A stretch of DNA of 64,000 nt from an archaeon (GTDB taxonomy: Archaea > Iainarchaeota > Iainarchaeia > Iainarchaeales > CSSED10-239): assembly GCA_041657425.1 (NCBI GenBank), contig JBBABY010000005.1, positions 22,834 through 86,833 on the forward strand. Direction: 5' to 3'. Below, one piece after another: positions 1-9,695 of this stretch (the first letter of the stretch is position 1; each line of letters opens with the position of its first letter). Below the pieces are notes generated by a model. That model worked only from the letters and a program-made list of their open reading frames with translations. It was not told the DNA's origin and searched no databases. A program made the translations under genes and the position numbers.

Positions 1-128
1 AGTAATTTAATTTTTTTAAAAACAAGCATCTATTTTTAAAGATTTTTCACTACAATATATATATAAATATAATATATATACTATTATATGTTTCGAACAA
101 AATTTAACGATTTTTATAAGTGATAATA

Positions 129-1835
129 ATGGCTGAAAAAGAAGTTACTAAGAAGGATACTAAGGAAGTTGCAAGAAAGGAAATAGGTGCTGACCAATTA
201 TTTACTGAGTTTAAAGAACATTCAGTAGCAGATTTCTTTAAGAAAAACAAGCAGATGCTAGGTCTTTCTGGTAAGCAAAGAACTTTAACTACAATAATAC
301 ACGAGCTTGTGACCAATTCTCTTGATGCTTGTGAAGAAGCAGGCATACTTCCTGAGATTGAGGTACACCTTTCTGAACTCGGTTCTGAATATTATGAAAT
401 TTCAGTAATGGATAATGGTCCAGGAATACCTGAAGACAAATTAGCAAGTGCTATGGGAAAACTTCTAGCAGGAACAAAATTCCATAGACTAGTACAAACA
501 AGAGGTCAACAAGGTATTGGTGTTAGTGGAATCATTCTTTTGTCTCAAATGACAACAGGGAAACCTACAAAAGTAATTTCTGGAACTAATACAGGAAAAA
601 CTGTTTCTATAGAAATTTCAATAGACAGTAAAACAAATACTCCAAAAGTTACAGACAAACATTATCTTGATAATAAACATAAAGGCTTAGCAGTTAAATG
701 TAAATTTAAAGACATAGTCTATAAGAAAGGACAAAACAGCGTTGATGAATATTTAAGAAGAACAGCAATTGCTAATCCTCACTTAACATTAAAGTTTGAA
801 GACCCAAGTGGAGAAATTACAAAGTACACAAGAACAATTAATAAACTTCCAAGTATCCCAACAGCAGTTAAGCCTCATCCAAGAGGAGTAACAGTTGATG
901 AAATGTTAACTTATGCAAGACATTCTCCTGCAAGAAAAGTTAATTCATTTTTAACAACAACATTTGATAGATTTGGACAAACATCAATTGATGGTGTTCA
1001 AGCATTAGCTCATTTTGATTTAAATAAAGATCCAAAGTCATTAACTTGGGAAGAAGCAGAAGATTTAATTAAAGCAATTAAACAAACGAAATTTATTGCG
1101 CCAAGTACAGATAATCTTGTTCCAATTGGAGAAGAGCACATACAGAAATCTCTAAAGGCAATTGTTAATCCTGAATTTTTAGCAGTAGTTACAAGAAAAC
1201 CATCAGTTTACCAAGGTGGTTATGCTTTCCAGATAGAAGCAGGAGTTGCTTATGGTGGTAATGCAGGAAGATTGATTTCTGTAGAAAAAACAAATGGTAA
1301 AGAAGTAGTGACAGAAGAAGTAAGGTCTTCTGAAATTATAAGATATGCAAACAAAGCTCCATTGTTATTTGATGCAGGCGGTTGTGCAATAACAAAAACT
1401 GTTGAATCAGTTGAATGGAAAAGATATGGTGTGAGTAATTTTGATAATAATCCAATCACTGTTTTTATTAATTTAATTTCAGTACACATCCCATACACTT
1501 CTGCAGGAAAGTCTGCAGTTTCTGATGACCCAGACATTGTTTCAGAAATAAAACTTGCATTAATGGAAGTTGCAAGAAAGGTTGGCTTCTACATTATTGA
1601 AAAGAAAAGAGAAGAAGAAAAGAAAGAAAAGAAAAAAGTATTTACAAAATATGCTCCGTATGTTGTAGAGGCATTAATCCACACAACTGGAGAAAAGAAT
1701 AAAGAGTTACTTCTAAAAAATCTAAATAACATGGTTCTTGAAAAACTAAAGATGGAAGAAGCAGGAATTAAAACTCCAGAAGATGAAGTTGTTGACGACG
1801 ACACAGTTGCAGAAGAAGAGGAGTTTGAAGAATAG
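129..1835 (+). CDS. top6B: DNA topoisomerase VI subunit B
   Basis: GHKL ATPase motifs (LVTNSLDA, MDNGPGIP, GQQGIGVSG); immediately followed by Top6A; acidic C-terminal tail; start moved to the ATG at 129 (track ORF begins at 120). Confidence 0.88.
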   Translation: MAEKEVTKKDTKEVARKEIGADQLFTEFKEHSVADFFKKNKQMLGLSGKQRTLTTIIHELVTNSLDACEEAGILPEIEVHLSELGSEYYEISVMDNGPGIPEDKLASAMGKLLAGTKFHRLVQTRGQQGIGVSGIILLSQMTTGKPTKVISGTNTGKTVSIEISIDSKTNTPKVTDKHYLDNKHKGLAVKCKFKDIVYKKGQNSVDEYLRRTAIANPHLTLKFEDPSGEITKYTRTINKLPSIPTAVKPHPRGVTVDEMLTYARHSPARKVNSFLTTTFDRFGQTSIDGVQALAHFDLNKDPKSLTWEEAEDLIKAIKQTKFIAPSTDNLVPIGEEHIQKSLKAIVNPEFLAVVTRKPSVYQGGYAFQIEAGVAYGGNAGRLISVEKTNGKEVVTEEVRSSEIIRYANKAPLLFDAGGCAITKTVESVEWKRYGVSNFDNNPITVFINLISVHIPYTSAGKSAVSDDPDIVSEIKLALMEVARKVGFYIIEKKREEEKKEKKKVFTKYAPYVVEALIHTTGEKNKELLLKNLNNMVLEKLKMEEAGIKTPEDEVVDDDTVAEEEEFEE

Positions 1836-1845
1836 GTGAACAATT

Positions 1846-3006
1846 ATGGTTGCAAAAAAAGAAACTAAATCTGAAAAAAAGCACGTTCATAAGGGTCTTG
1901 ATACTTATGAGACAGAAACAACTAAAGATATAGAACAAAGAACTCTTCAAATTGCTAAAGATATTGTTGATCAAATAAAAGGAAATAGATCTCCAACTTT
2001 TACAACAAAAGTTAGAGGTTTAAGTAATGTTTATTTTGATGATGAGAAACAATATATTCAATTAGGAGATAAAAAAGTTGTTAGACCTTTCTTAAATCTT
2101 GGAGCTGCAAGAAAGTTCATGCAAACAATGTTAATTAATGATAAATGTAATGAATATTTAAAAGAAGGAAAGACAGCATCAATCAGAGAAATTTATTATG
2201 AACTTAAAAGAACAGTAGCTAATACTAAAGAAAATACTTTCGATGGTCAGAATGAATCTGATGAAGTTATTGTTGATGTTGAGCACGCAGCAAGTACTAT
2301 TAGAGAAAAGTTAGGACTTCATGCTGAAGCAAAAGGTTCTCTTTATGGTGACATTACATTAAAAGATTTAAAACACGATGACGATATTTTCAATTGCGGT
2401 TCTCTAGGTAGGGGCGGTTGGAGTATTATGTCAAGAATCGAACCAGAAGAAGTTGAGATTGTTGATGTTAACGCAGATATGGTTTTAGTTATTGAAACAG
2501 CAGCAATGTACAATAGACTAATTGAAGAAAAGTTTGCAAAGCAACACAACGCAATTCTTATTGGAACAGGTGGTCAAGCAGCAAGAGGAGCAAGAAGACT
2601 TGTTCATAGATTAAGATACGAGTATGATCTTCCAGTAATTGTGTTTACTGATGGAGACCCTTACGGTTGGTATATTTATTCAGTTATCAAGAGTGGATCA
2701 ATGGCTCTTGCTGCTCACTCTAAATACATGGCAGTACCTGATGCAAAGTATGTAGGAATGACCATAACGGATGTTGAAACATACGGTCTTTCAAACGTTA
2801 CTGAAAAAATGAAAGACGGGGACATTAAGAGAGCAAAGGAATTAATGAATTATCCTTGGTTTAAGTCAAAAGAATGGCAATCTGAATTAAAAATTGCAAT
2901 TGATAAGAAAATAAGAATTGAACAACAGGCTCTTGCAAACAAGTCACTTGATTTCGTTGCAAGGAAGTATCTTCCAGAAAAGATTGAAAAAGAGATATTT
3001 TTATAA
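1846..3006 (+). CDS. top6A: DNA topoisomerase VI subunit A (Spo11-like)
   Basis: Spo11/TopoVI-A toprim region (VIVFTDGDPYGW); operonic with top6B 10 bp downstream. Confidence 0.88.
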   Translation: MVAKKETKSEKKHVHKGLDTYETETTKDIEQRTLQIAKDIVDQIKGNRSPTFTTKVRGLSNVYFDDEKQYIQLGDKKVVRPFLNLGAARKFMQTMLINDKCNEYLKEGKTASIREIYYELKRTVANTKENTFDGQNESDEVIVDVEHAASTIREKLGLHAEAKGSLYGDITLKDLKHDDDIFNCGSLGRGGWSIMSRIEPEEVEIVDVNADMVLVIETAAMYNRLIEEKFAKQHNAILIGTGGQAARGARRLVHRLRYEYDLPVIVFTDGDPYGWYIYSVIKSGSMALAAHSKYMAVPDAKYVGMTITDVETYGLSNVTEKMKDGDIKRAKELMNYPWFKSKEWQSELKIAIDKKIRIEQQALANKSLDFVARKYLPEKIEKEIFL

Positions 3007-3128
3007 AATTAAAAAGGATATAAAAAAGGTCAATCAAAAAGTCTTACAGTTCCAAGAGAAAATTTTAGAAAAACGAAACATTAATTCAGTATAAAAAAAT
3101 AACTGGTGAAAAAATAGCAGGAAGAGCA

Positions 3129-3344
3129 ATGACTGGGAGAATAAGAATTAAGCAAACGCCTAGAAGAGAACACCAAAAAATAACTGATTTAACAAAAAAA
3201 GCAAAAGTTACAGATTTTAGTCATTTAGAAGATTTGTCTGAAATTGAAATAGAAAATTTAGTAAAAATATTAAAACACAGTAATACAAGACCAAATAGTG
3301 CGACTAAAGTTAGACAAAAAAAAGACGTTACAACAAAAAGATAA
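3129..3344 (+). CDS. small basic hypothetical protein
   Basis: 71-aa ORF, Lys/Arg-rich; no recognisable family. Confidence 0.3.
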   Translation: MTGRIRIKQTPRREHQKITDLTKKAKVTDFSHLEDLSEIEIENLVKILKHSNTRPNSATKVRQKKDVTTKR

Positions 3345-3354
3345 CTGGTAAAAA

Positions 3355-3942
3355 ATGGTTATTAAAAGAGCACTCGATAGAAGAGCCGAATCTGTAAAAA
3401 TAAGAAACACTACTAATTCTAGAAAAAAATTTCAAGTAGGAACTAGATTTGTTTTAGATAAACAATTACTACATTTGAATAATGCGATATTAATTTCACA
3501 AAAAGACGCAGAATCCATCCTAATTAATTTTCTAAAACATAAGAAAACAACAAGATTTAGAGAAGATTTAAAGCTTACAGAAATAGAATTAGAAAATGGA
3601 GATAATTTAATAATTGATGAAAATGTAGAAAAGCAATATCTAAATTTAATTTCAAAAAGATCTGCAATTTTATTATCTCATGGAATAACGCCTTGGGCAC
3701 TTTTAGAAATTCTCCCTAAAGAAAAGCTTTACTATTCAGAAAATACAAAAAAATATTATGATTCATTCTTTAGTAAGTTTTTAAGATTTGAATTTGCAAC
3801 GATAGTATCAAAAAATCCAAAAGCATTTGGTAACATACAACTTAAACAAAAATTAAAGCAAGCATTTAAAGTTAAATTAACAGTTGCATTAAAAAAACTA
3901 GGATTTTCAACAGAATTTATTGATAATTTAGTTTTTGATTAA
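3355..3942 (+). CDS. hypothetical protein
   Basis: 195-aa ORF, no family recognised; follows 3129..3344 closely on the same strand. Confidence 0.4.
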   Translation: MVIKRALDRRAESVKIRNTTNSRKKFQVGTRFVLDKQLLHLNNAILISQKDAESILINFLKHKKTTRFREDLKLTEIELENGDNLIIDENVEKQYLNLISKRSAILLSHGITPWALLEILPKEKLYYSENTKKYYDSFFSKFLRFEFATIVSKNPKAFGNIQLKQKLKQAFKVKLTVALKKLGFSTEFIDNLVFD

Positions 3943-5163
3943 TTATATTGTTCTTAAATCTTTTTCTTTATCAGGAAGTATTTGGTTTAAAGTGATTCCA
4001 ATAACACTAGCTAAAGCAACTCCTCCAAACATAAAATCGCCAAAACTAATCATTGCTCCACCAACGCCAATTGTTAGCATTACCGCAACAATTACCATAT
4101 TTTTTGTGTGATTAAGATTTGTTTTCGATTCAATTAATGTTTTTATTCCAACAATTGTTATCATTCCAAAGAGTAATAACATCATACCGCCTAAGATTGC
4201 TTGAGGAATAGTATATAAAAATCCAGTAATTTTTCCTAAAAATGCAAAACAAATAGCAGTAATTGCTGCAATTCTCAAGATTACGGGATCTTTAAGTTTA
4301 GTTAAGATGATTGCACCAGTAACTTCAGAGTAAGTCGTTGTTGGTGTTCCTCCGACAAGCCCTGAAAAGAAAGTTGCACATCCGTCTCCAAACATAGTTC
4401 TTGAGAGTCCTGGATTTTTAACAAAATTAGTATTTGTGGCTTTACTGATTGCATACATATCTCCAATGTGTTCAATTATTGGGGCAATTGCTACAGGTAT
4501 TAAAAATAAAATTGCATTAATATTAAAGACTGGAGTTGCAAACTGCGGAATGGAAAACCATGGCGCATTTATTAATTTTGTAAAATCTACAAGTCTAAGA
4601 ACTATAGCAGCAATATAACTTACAATTAAACCAATAATTACTGGCAATAACTTAACAGTACCTTTACCAAAAACCACAACAGAAATTGCAGTAATTAAAG
4701 CAATACTTGCAAGTAACCAATTATTATTTGCCATTCCTACTCCTGTACTTGCAAGAGACATACCAATTATCATAATTACTGGCCCAACCACAATTGGAGG
4801 AAATAATTTTGAAAGAAATCCAGCGCCATTTCTTTTAACAATAAAAGACATAATCATATATACAATACCGACAGCCATTAATCCTCCAAGTGCCCCAGGA
4901 TAACCATATAATTCTGTGGCTTTAATAACTGGTGCAATAAAAACAAAAGAACTTCCTAAAAATACAGGCACTTTTCCTTTAGTAATAAAATGAAAAATTA
5001 AAGTTCCACAACCCGCAGTAAAAAGAGCAACAGCAGGATCAATTCCCACAAGAAGAGGAACAAGAACAACAGCACCAAAAGCCACAAAAAGCATTTGCAT
5101 ACCAATTATTATTTTTTTAAATATACTAAGTTTTTCTGTTTCTGTATTATTTTGATATTTCAT
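3943..5163 (-). CDS. nucleobase (uracil/xanthine) permease, NCS2 family
   Basis: Polytopic membrane protein with about 12 TM segments; N-terminal region resembles UraA/NCS2 (FGAVVLVPLLVG). Confidence 0.6.
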   Translation of the reverse strand: MKYQNNTETEKLSIFKKIIIGMQMLFVAFGAVVLVPLLVGIDPAVALFTAGCGTLIFHFITKGKVPVFLGSSFVFIAPVIKATELYGYPGALGGLMAVGIVYMIMSFIVKRNGAGFLSKLFPPIVVGPVIMIIGMSLASTGVGMANNNWLLASIALITAISVVVFGKGTVKLLPVIIGLIVSYIAAIVLRLVDFTKLINAPWFSIPQFATPVFNINAILFLIPVAIAPIIEHIGDMYAISKATNTNFVKNPGLSRTMFGDGCATFFSGLVGGTPTTTYSEVTGAIILTKLKDPVILRIAAITAICFAFLGKITGFLYTIPQAILGGMMLLLFGMITIVGIKTLIESKTNLNHTKNMVIVAVMLTIGVGGAMISFGDFMFGGVALASVIGITLNQILPDKEKDLRTI

Positions 5164-5270
5164 AATAAAAGGAAAATGAAAGAATATTTAAATGTAGTTT
5201 TTTATAGACTATTTATAATTTGTTTGATTCTTAAATTAAATATATAAGCTAATTTTAAAAAATGATAATT

Positions 5271-6461
5271 ATGAACATATTAGTAATTAATGCAGGAAGC
5301 AGTTCCTTAAAGTTTCAATATATTAATCCAGATACAAAAGCTGTATTAATTAAAGGAAATTATGATGGAATAAATAGAAGCGACGGTAACCCTTGTTTGA
5401 AAAAGATTTCAATTTCTGGCCACAGCACAGTTGATAATTTAATTATTGTAAATCACGAGCAAGCAATTGAAGATATGCTTGTAACATTAACTGAAAAAAA
5501 AGTAATTACGAGATTTTCAGAAATAGAATTTATTGGACATAGAGTTGTTCATGGAGCAGAAGAATATTCAAAAACTACAGAAATTACTGATCAAATGTTA
5601 GAGTCTTTAAAGATTGTTTCTTTTTTAGCTCCACTTCATAATCCAATAAATATTAAATGTATAGAAATCTTAAAAGAGAAATTGCCAGAAGCAAAACAAT
5701 ATGCAGTATTTGACACCGCTTTTCATCAAACAATGCCTGATAAGATTTTCTTGTATGCCTTACCAAAAGACTTATATGATAAATTCAAGATTAGAAAATA
5801 TGGCTTTCACGGAATAAGCCATCAATATGTTTCTAAGCAAGTTGCTGAAATTCTAAATAAAGACTATAATAAATTAAATATAATAACTTGTCATTTAGGT
5901 AACGGTCAAAGCATTTGTGCAATCAAACAAGGAAAGAGCTATGACACCTCTATGGGCTTTACTCCTGTTGATGGGCTTCCAATGGGAACAAGAAGTGGAA
6001 GTTTTGATCCCGAAATTATTCTTTTCCTTTTAGAGAAAGGCTACACTAAAGAAGAAATTAAAAATCTAATAAACAAGAAGTCAGGACTTCTAGGAATAAG
6101 TCAAATAAGCAGTGATCACAGGCAAATTGAAGAACTTTCAAAAAAGGGATTTTTGTTTGCAAGACTTGCTAATGATATTCTTAACACAAGAATAATAAAC
6201 ATCATTGGAAGTTATGCCGCAGAAATGAATGGAGTAGACGTTATTGTTTTTACTGGCGGTATTGGAGAAAAATCAGCTTACTTAAGAGAACAAATTCTTG
6301 AAAACTTTACTTATCTTGGTTTAGAGATAGACAAAGCAGCAAATGACGAACACGAATTAATAATCACAAAACCAAACAGCAAAGTAATAGCAATGGTAAT
6401 TCCAACAAATGAAGAATTAGAAATTGCAATAGAAACAAGTGAGAAAATAAGAAAAGGTTAA
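5271..6461 (+). CDS. ackA: acetate kinase
   Basis: Near-canonical acetate kinase signatures: ILVINAGSSSLKFQ, GHRVVHG, FDTAFHQTMP, ITCHLGNG, VFTGGIGE, IPTNEELEIA. Confidence 0.88.
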   Translation: MNILVINAGSSSLKFQYINPDTKAVLIKGNYDGINRSDGNPCLKKISISGHSTVDNLIIVNHEQAIEDMLVTLTEKKVITRFSEIEFIGHRVVHGAEEYSKTTEITDQMLESLKIVSFLAPLHNPINIKCIEILKEKLPEAKQYAVFDTAFHQTMPDKIFLYALPKDLYDKFKIRKYGFHGISHQYVSKQVAEILNKDYNKLNIITCHLGNGQSICAIKQGKSYDTSMGFTPVDGLPMGTRSGSFDPEIILFLLEKGYTKEEIKNLINKKSGLLGISQISSDHRQIEELSKKGFLFARLANDILNTRIINIIGSYAAEMNGVDVIVFTGGIGEKSAYLREQILENFTYLGLEIDKAANDEHELIITKPNSKVIAMVIPTNEELEIAIETSEKIRKG

Positions 6462-8510
6462 TTACTTTTCATTTCCCATTTTTTCTAATTTCAAAAGTTC
6501 ATTCCATCTTCTGTCTATTTCTTCCTGTATTGATTTAAGAACTGCTTTATTCTCTGGTTTTAAAACACTTTTAAATTTAGTTTGTGTTTTTAAGAATTCT
6601 TCAATTGGTAGTTTGTTTGTTGGTTTGTAATTGATAATTACTTTTCCATTAACCACTTCATAAAGAGGCCAAAAGCAAGTTTCAGTTGCAAGTTTACTTA
6701 TCTTAATTGTTTGTGAAGAATCTGCCTTCATGTTTGTTGGGCAAGCTGCAAATGCAATTAGAACTGCAGGGCCAGAAACATCAAATGCTTTCTTTGCTTT
6801 TTCAAATATATCAACTTGGTTAGAAGGATTAATTTGAGCAACATAAGGAATGTTATGAGCTGCTGCAATCTTTGTTAAATCTTTTGAGAACTCTACTTTA
6901 CCATAAGAACACTTCCCTGAAGGAGTTGTTGAGGTTATTGCACCCTTTGGCGTTGCTGAGCTTCTCTGGTTGCCTGTGTTGTGTACTACAACCCCATCAG
7001 CAATGAAATTATGTTCTCCTTCAACTCTTAAATCAAAGGTTTGTTCTTTGCCAACTTCTTTAATATTTTTTATAATTTCAGTATCGAAGTTTTCATTTCC
7101 AATCAAAAAGTTTTGATATTTATATTGTGTAGGATATTTAGTTGTATTCCAATAATCTTTTTTACTAAAACAAATATAGTGATATTCTGAATTTTTCAGT
7201 AATTTCTTTCCAACGACAAGAGTTCCTTTTTCTTTTTTTTGAGTTGTAATTTTACCAACTCTGTAATTAAGTGTCTGTAATAATAATCTTAATCTTAAGA
7301 TTAATTCTTTACTTGCAGACACATATCTACAACTATCTTTTTTCTTTTTATGAATATACCCGTCAGATAACAACAACCCTTCAATAAATGCTTCTTTTTG
7401 CTCATCTGGAATCGTATAAACCCAAGAAGGAATTATTTTATTCTTTGCACCTTTGTTAAATCCAAGGGATTCAATAAATTTAGTTATGTTAACTGAATTC
7501 ATATAGATGTAAGTTTTATCAGTAGTAATTGTCTTAAATCCAAATACTTTTTTACAAGTAGTTATACATTTTTCTCTACCCTCTGTTCCTTCAGGTAAGG
7601 CAAAACCTATTTCTCCTTTATCTCTAATCCAACCATCTCCAAGATAAAGTCCTAAGAATAACATTAAATCTGTTGTTGATTTTTCTGGTATTTTTACATC
7701 ATTAATTACATTTACTTTATAATCGCCTTTCTTTGAAAGTTGTATTTTTTCAAAAGTAAACGGTTTATTTCCTTTTAATTTCTTTAATGTAATTATTTGA
7801 TCTCCTTTTTTTAATTCTTCAAGTGTTTTCCAAATTAAAGTGTTTGGTTTTCCTCTTGGAAGTTTATTAACAACTAAGAATGGGTGATTTCCTGTTGCTT
7901 TGATGTTATGATGAAAAGTTTCAATTTCATAAACTTTCTTAACTCCATTATCAAACACACCACTGCATTTTTTCAGAACCAATTTGTGTGTTTTTTGATC
8001 AAATGCATAAACCATTTCTCCAACTTTAATTTCAGTTATTTTTTTAAGTCCGGTTTCTGTGTAAATTAATGAGTCTTTACTTAAGCAATTCATGTACCCT
8101 TCATTCGAATAACAAAGATAAACAAAATCATGTCCTCTTTCTAGTGCTCCAGATAAACTTTGAAGACCAATATCAAAACTTCCACCATCTCCAGCAATTA
8201 CTAAAAAATTAATGTCTTTTTTTATTTTTCCTTTTTTCTTTTGTGCTCTGTATGCACTTTCAACTCCAGAAATTGTTGCGGCAGAGTTTGCAAAAAGAGA
8301 ATGTATCCAAGGAATATTCCATGCAGTCTGTGGATAAACTGTTGTTGTAACTTCTGCACAAGAAGTTGCGCTGCTTGCAACAACTGGTTTGTCGCTTGCC
8401 GCAATCACAGTCTTACAAATAATTGCAATGGGGCACCCTGCACAAGTTCTGTATCCTGGAACCATTGCTTTACTTTCAGCTAATTTAATAGCAAGTTCTT
8501 TTGAGTTCAT
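6462..8510 (-). CDS. porB: pyruvate/2-oxoacid:ferredoxin oxidoreductase beta subunit (TPP-binding), intein-containing
   Basis: Exteins match PorB (IAGDGG, YLCYSNEGYMN|TGNQRS); a 370-aa insertion begins with Cys and ends in HN followed by Thr. Confidence 0.85.
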   Translation of the reverse strand: MNSKELAIKLAESKAMVPGYRTCAGCPIAIICKTVIAASDKPVVASSATSCAEVTTTVYPQTAWNIPWIHSLFANSAATISGVESAYRAQKKKGKIKKDINFLVIAGDGGSFDIGLQSLSGALERGHDFVYLCYSNEGYMNCLSKDSLIYTETGLKKITEIKVGEMVYAFDQKTHKLVLKKCSGVFDNGVKKVYEIETFHHNIKATGNHPFLVVNKLPRGKPNTLIWKTLEELKKGDQIITLKKLKGNKPFTFEKIQLSKKGDYKVNVINDVKIPEKSTTDLMLFLGLYLGDGWIRDKGEIGFALPEGTEGREKCITTCKKVFGFKTITTDKTYIYMNSVNITKFIESLGFNKGAKNKIIPSWVYTIPDEQKEAFIEGLLLSDGYIHKKKKDSCRYVSASKELILRLRLLLQTLNYRVGKITTQKKEKGTLVVGKKLLKNSEYHYICFSKKDYWNTTKYPTQYKYQNFLIGNENFDTEIIKNIKEVGKEQTFDLRVEGEHNFIADGVVVHNTGNQRSSATPKGAITSTTPSGKCSYGKVEFSKDLTKIAAAHNIPYVAQINPSNQVDIFEKAKKAFDVSGPAVLIAFAACPTNMKADSSQTIKISKLATETCFWPLYEVVNGKVIINYKPTNKLPIEEFLKTQTKFKSVLKPENKAVLKSIQEEIDRRWNELLKLEKMGNEK
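6978..8087 (-). other. intein with LAGLIDADG homing-endonuclease domain inside porB
   Basis: Starts CLSKDSLIY, ends VVHN with +1 Thr; LAGLIDADG-type blocks LFLGLYLGDGW and IEGLLLSDGY; interrupts the conserved PorB motif YMN-TG. Confidence 0.75.
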
Positions 8511-8513
8511 GTT

Positions 8514-9674
8514 TTATTCCTTTTCTTTTTCAAATCTGTGTTTTTTATAATTATCAACCATCGCTAAAATTAAATCTCTAAATGCTGGATTTTTTATAAC
8601 ATCGTTATTATTAGGATATGCAGATTCTTTCTGTCTGCCTTTAGAGGGGTTAAATAAAATTGCATCAATTTTATTTTCCCCGTCTAATTTTAATGTGCTA
8701 GGTAATTGCTTTGTTCCATCACGCATGCTCCAATCATAACCTATAAGTTTTGAATTTATGTTACTATCAGATAATACTCGACGAATCGGATATTGCATAT
8801 ATGTCCAATCATCGGATCTTGCAGCTGAAGAATATCCAACAAATGATGCTGGCATTTTCTTACTATCACTAGCATCTACAAATATAAAAACTGGATCTTT
8901 ATATTCTTGTTTATAATTATTGATAAATTTCATAAACGTATTAACAATTATTCTTGTTTTTGTTCCATCTCCAACTTCTCCATATCTTCGATCAGGATTA
9001 CTTGAAGGATATTTAAATTTATCTACAATTACTTTTTTACCATCTGGTTTAATTGACCAAGTATAAGGCACACCAGTACTTGCAATACCTACCACAACTA
9101 TTGGTCTTTTTGTAAGTTTTGAAATTCTATTTACAAAAAATTCAGTAATTAAAATCTCTTTTCTAAAGGAGTTCATAAATTCAAAATCAGAAAAGTGCAA
9201 TTTATATTTGTAAAACACTTCTTCTATTTCTTTTTCTAGTTCGTAACCATCTTTAATTTTTCCTGCTCTCACTTTTTCAAATAAAATATTAAGATCTTTT
9301 AGTATTGGAGAATTCACTTGATTAATAGAATTTATATTTAAGTCTGAAATCTGGGATAATATTTCATTAAAATATACTTTCTCTCTTAATAATTGTTCTA
9401 TTCCTAACTTTTCTAAACTTGTAAATACTTTGTTTTCCATATCGCTATACTTGGACGACTGCCAATAGTACCGGCTATTTAATATACGTCTAACTTCTTC
9501 TCTAAGGCGATGTATGCCAATTTTGTTATTCCTTATTTTTTCAAACAATTCGTTTAAATCCTTTAATATTGGACGCCCTTTTAGTTCTGCAGGATTTATT
9601 TTTGAATGTGTAATAGATAGTAATAATTCATTAAATTTGTGAGGCCCATCAGGTTTACGATTTAATTTAGGCAT
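8514..9674 (-). CDS. hypothetical protein with internal tandem repeat, embedded in por operon
   Basis: 386-aa ORF between porA and porB (stop 4 nt before porB start); duplicated roughly 30-aa motif (PILKDLNELFEKIRNNKI / PILKDLNILFEKVRAGKI); no family recognised. Confidence 0.5.
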   Translation of the reverse strand: MPKLNRKPDGPHKFNELLLSITHSKINPAELKGRPILKDLNELFEKIRNNKIGIHRLREEVRRILNSRYYWQSSKYSDMENKVFTSLEKLGIEQLLREKVYFNEILSQISDLNINSINQVNSPILKDLNILFEKVRAGKIKDGYELEKEIEEVFYKYKLHFSDFEFMNSFRKEILITEFFVNRISKLTKRPIVVVGIASTGVPYTWSIKPDGKKVIVDKFKYPSSNPDRRYGEVGDGTKTRIIVNTFMKFINNYKQEYKDPVFIFVDASDSKKMPASFVGYSSAARSDDWTYMQYPIRRVLSDSNINSKLIGYDWSMRDGTKQLPSTLKLDGENKIDAILFNPSKGRQKESAYPNNNDVIKNPAFRDLILAMVDNYKKHRFEKEKE

Positions 9675-9695
9675 AAAATTTTCACTTTAATTATT

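Noticed and set aside
1250-2549. Several 60-100-aa antisense ORFs inside top6B and top6A (1250..1537, 1589..1843, 1768..1974, 2343..2549)
   Set aside because: They are embedded in well-supported genes on the opposite strand, with low-complexity Ser/Phe-rich translations typical of antisense AT-rich sequence.
8241-8483. Cys-rich 80-aa ORF (MCSVCTFNSRNCCGRVC...)
   Set aside because: It is antisense inside porB. Its Cys richness reflects reverse-complement codons of the extein. Not a gene.
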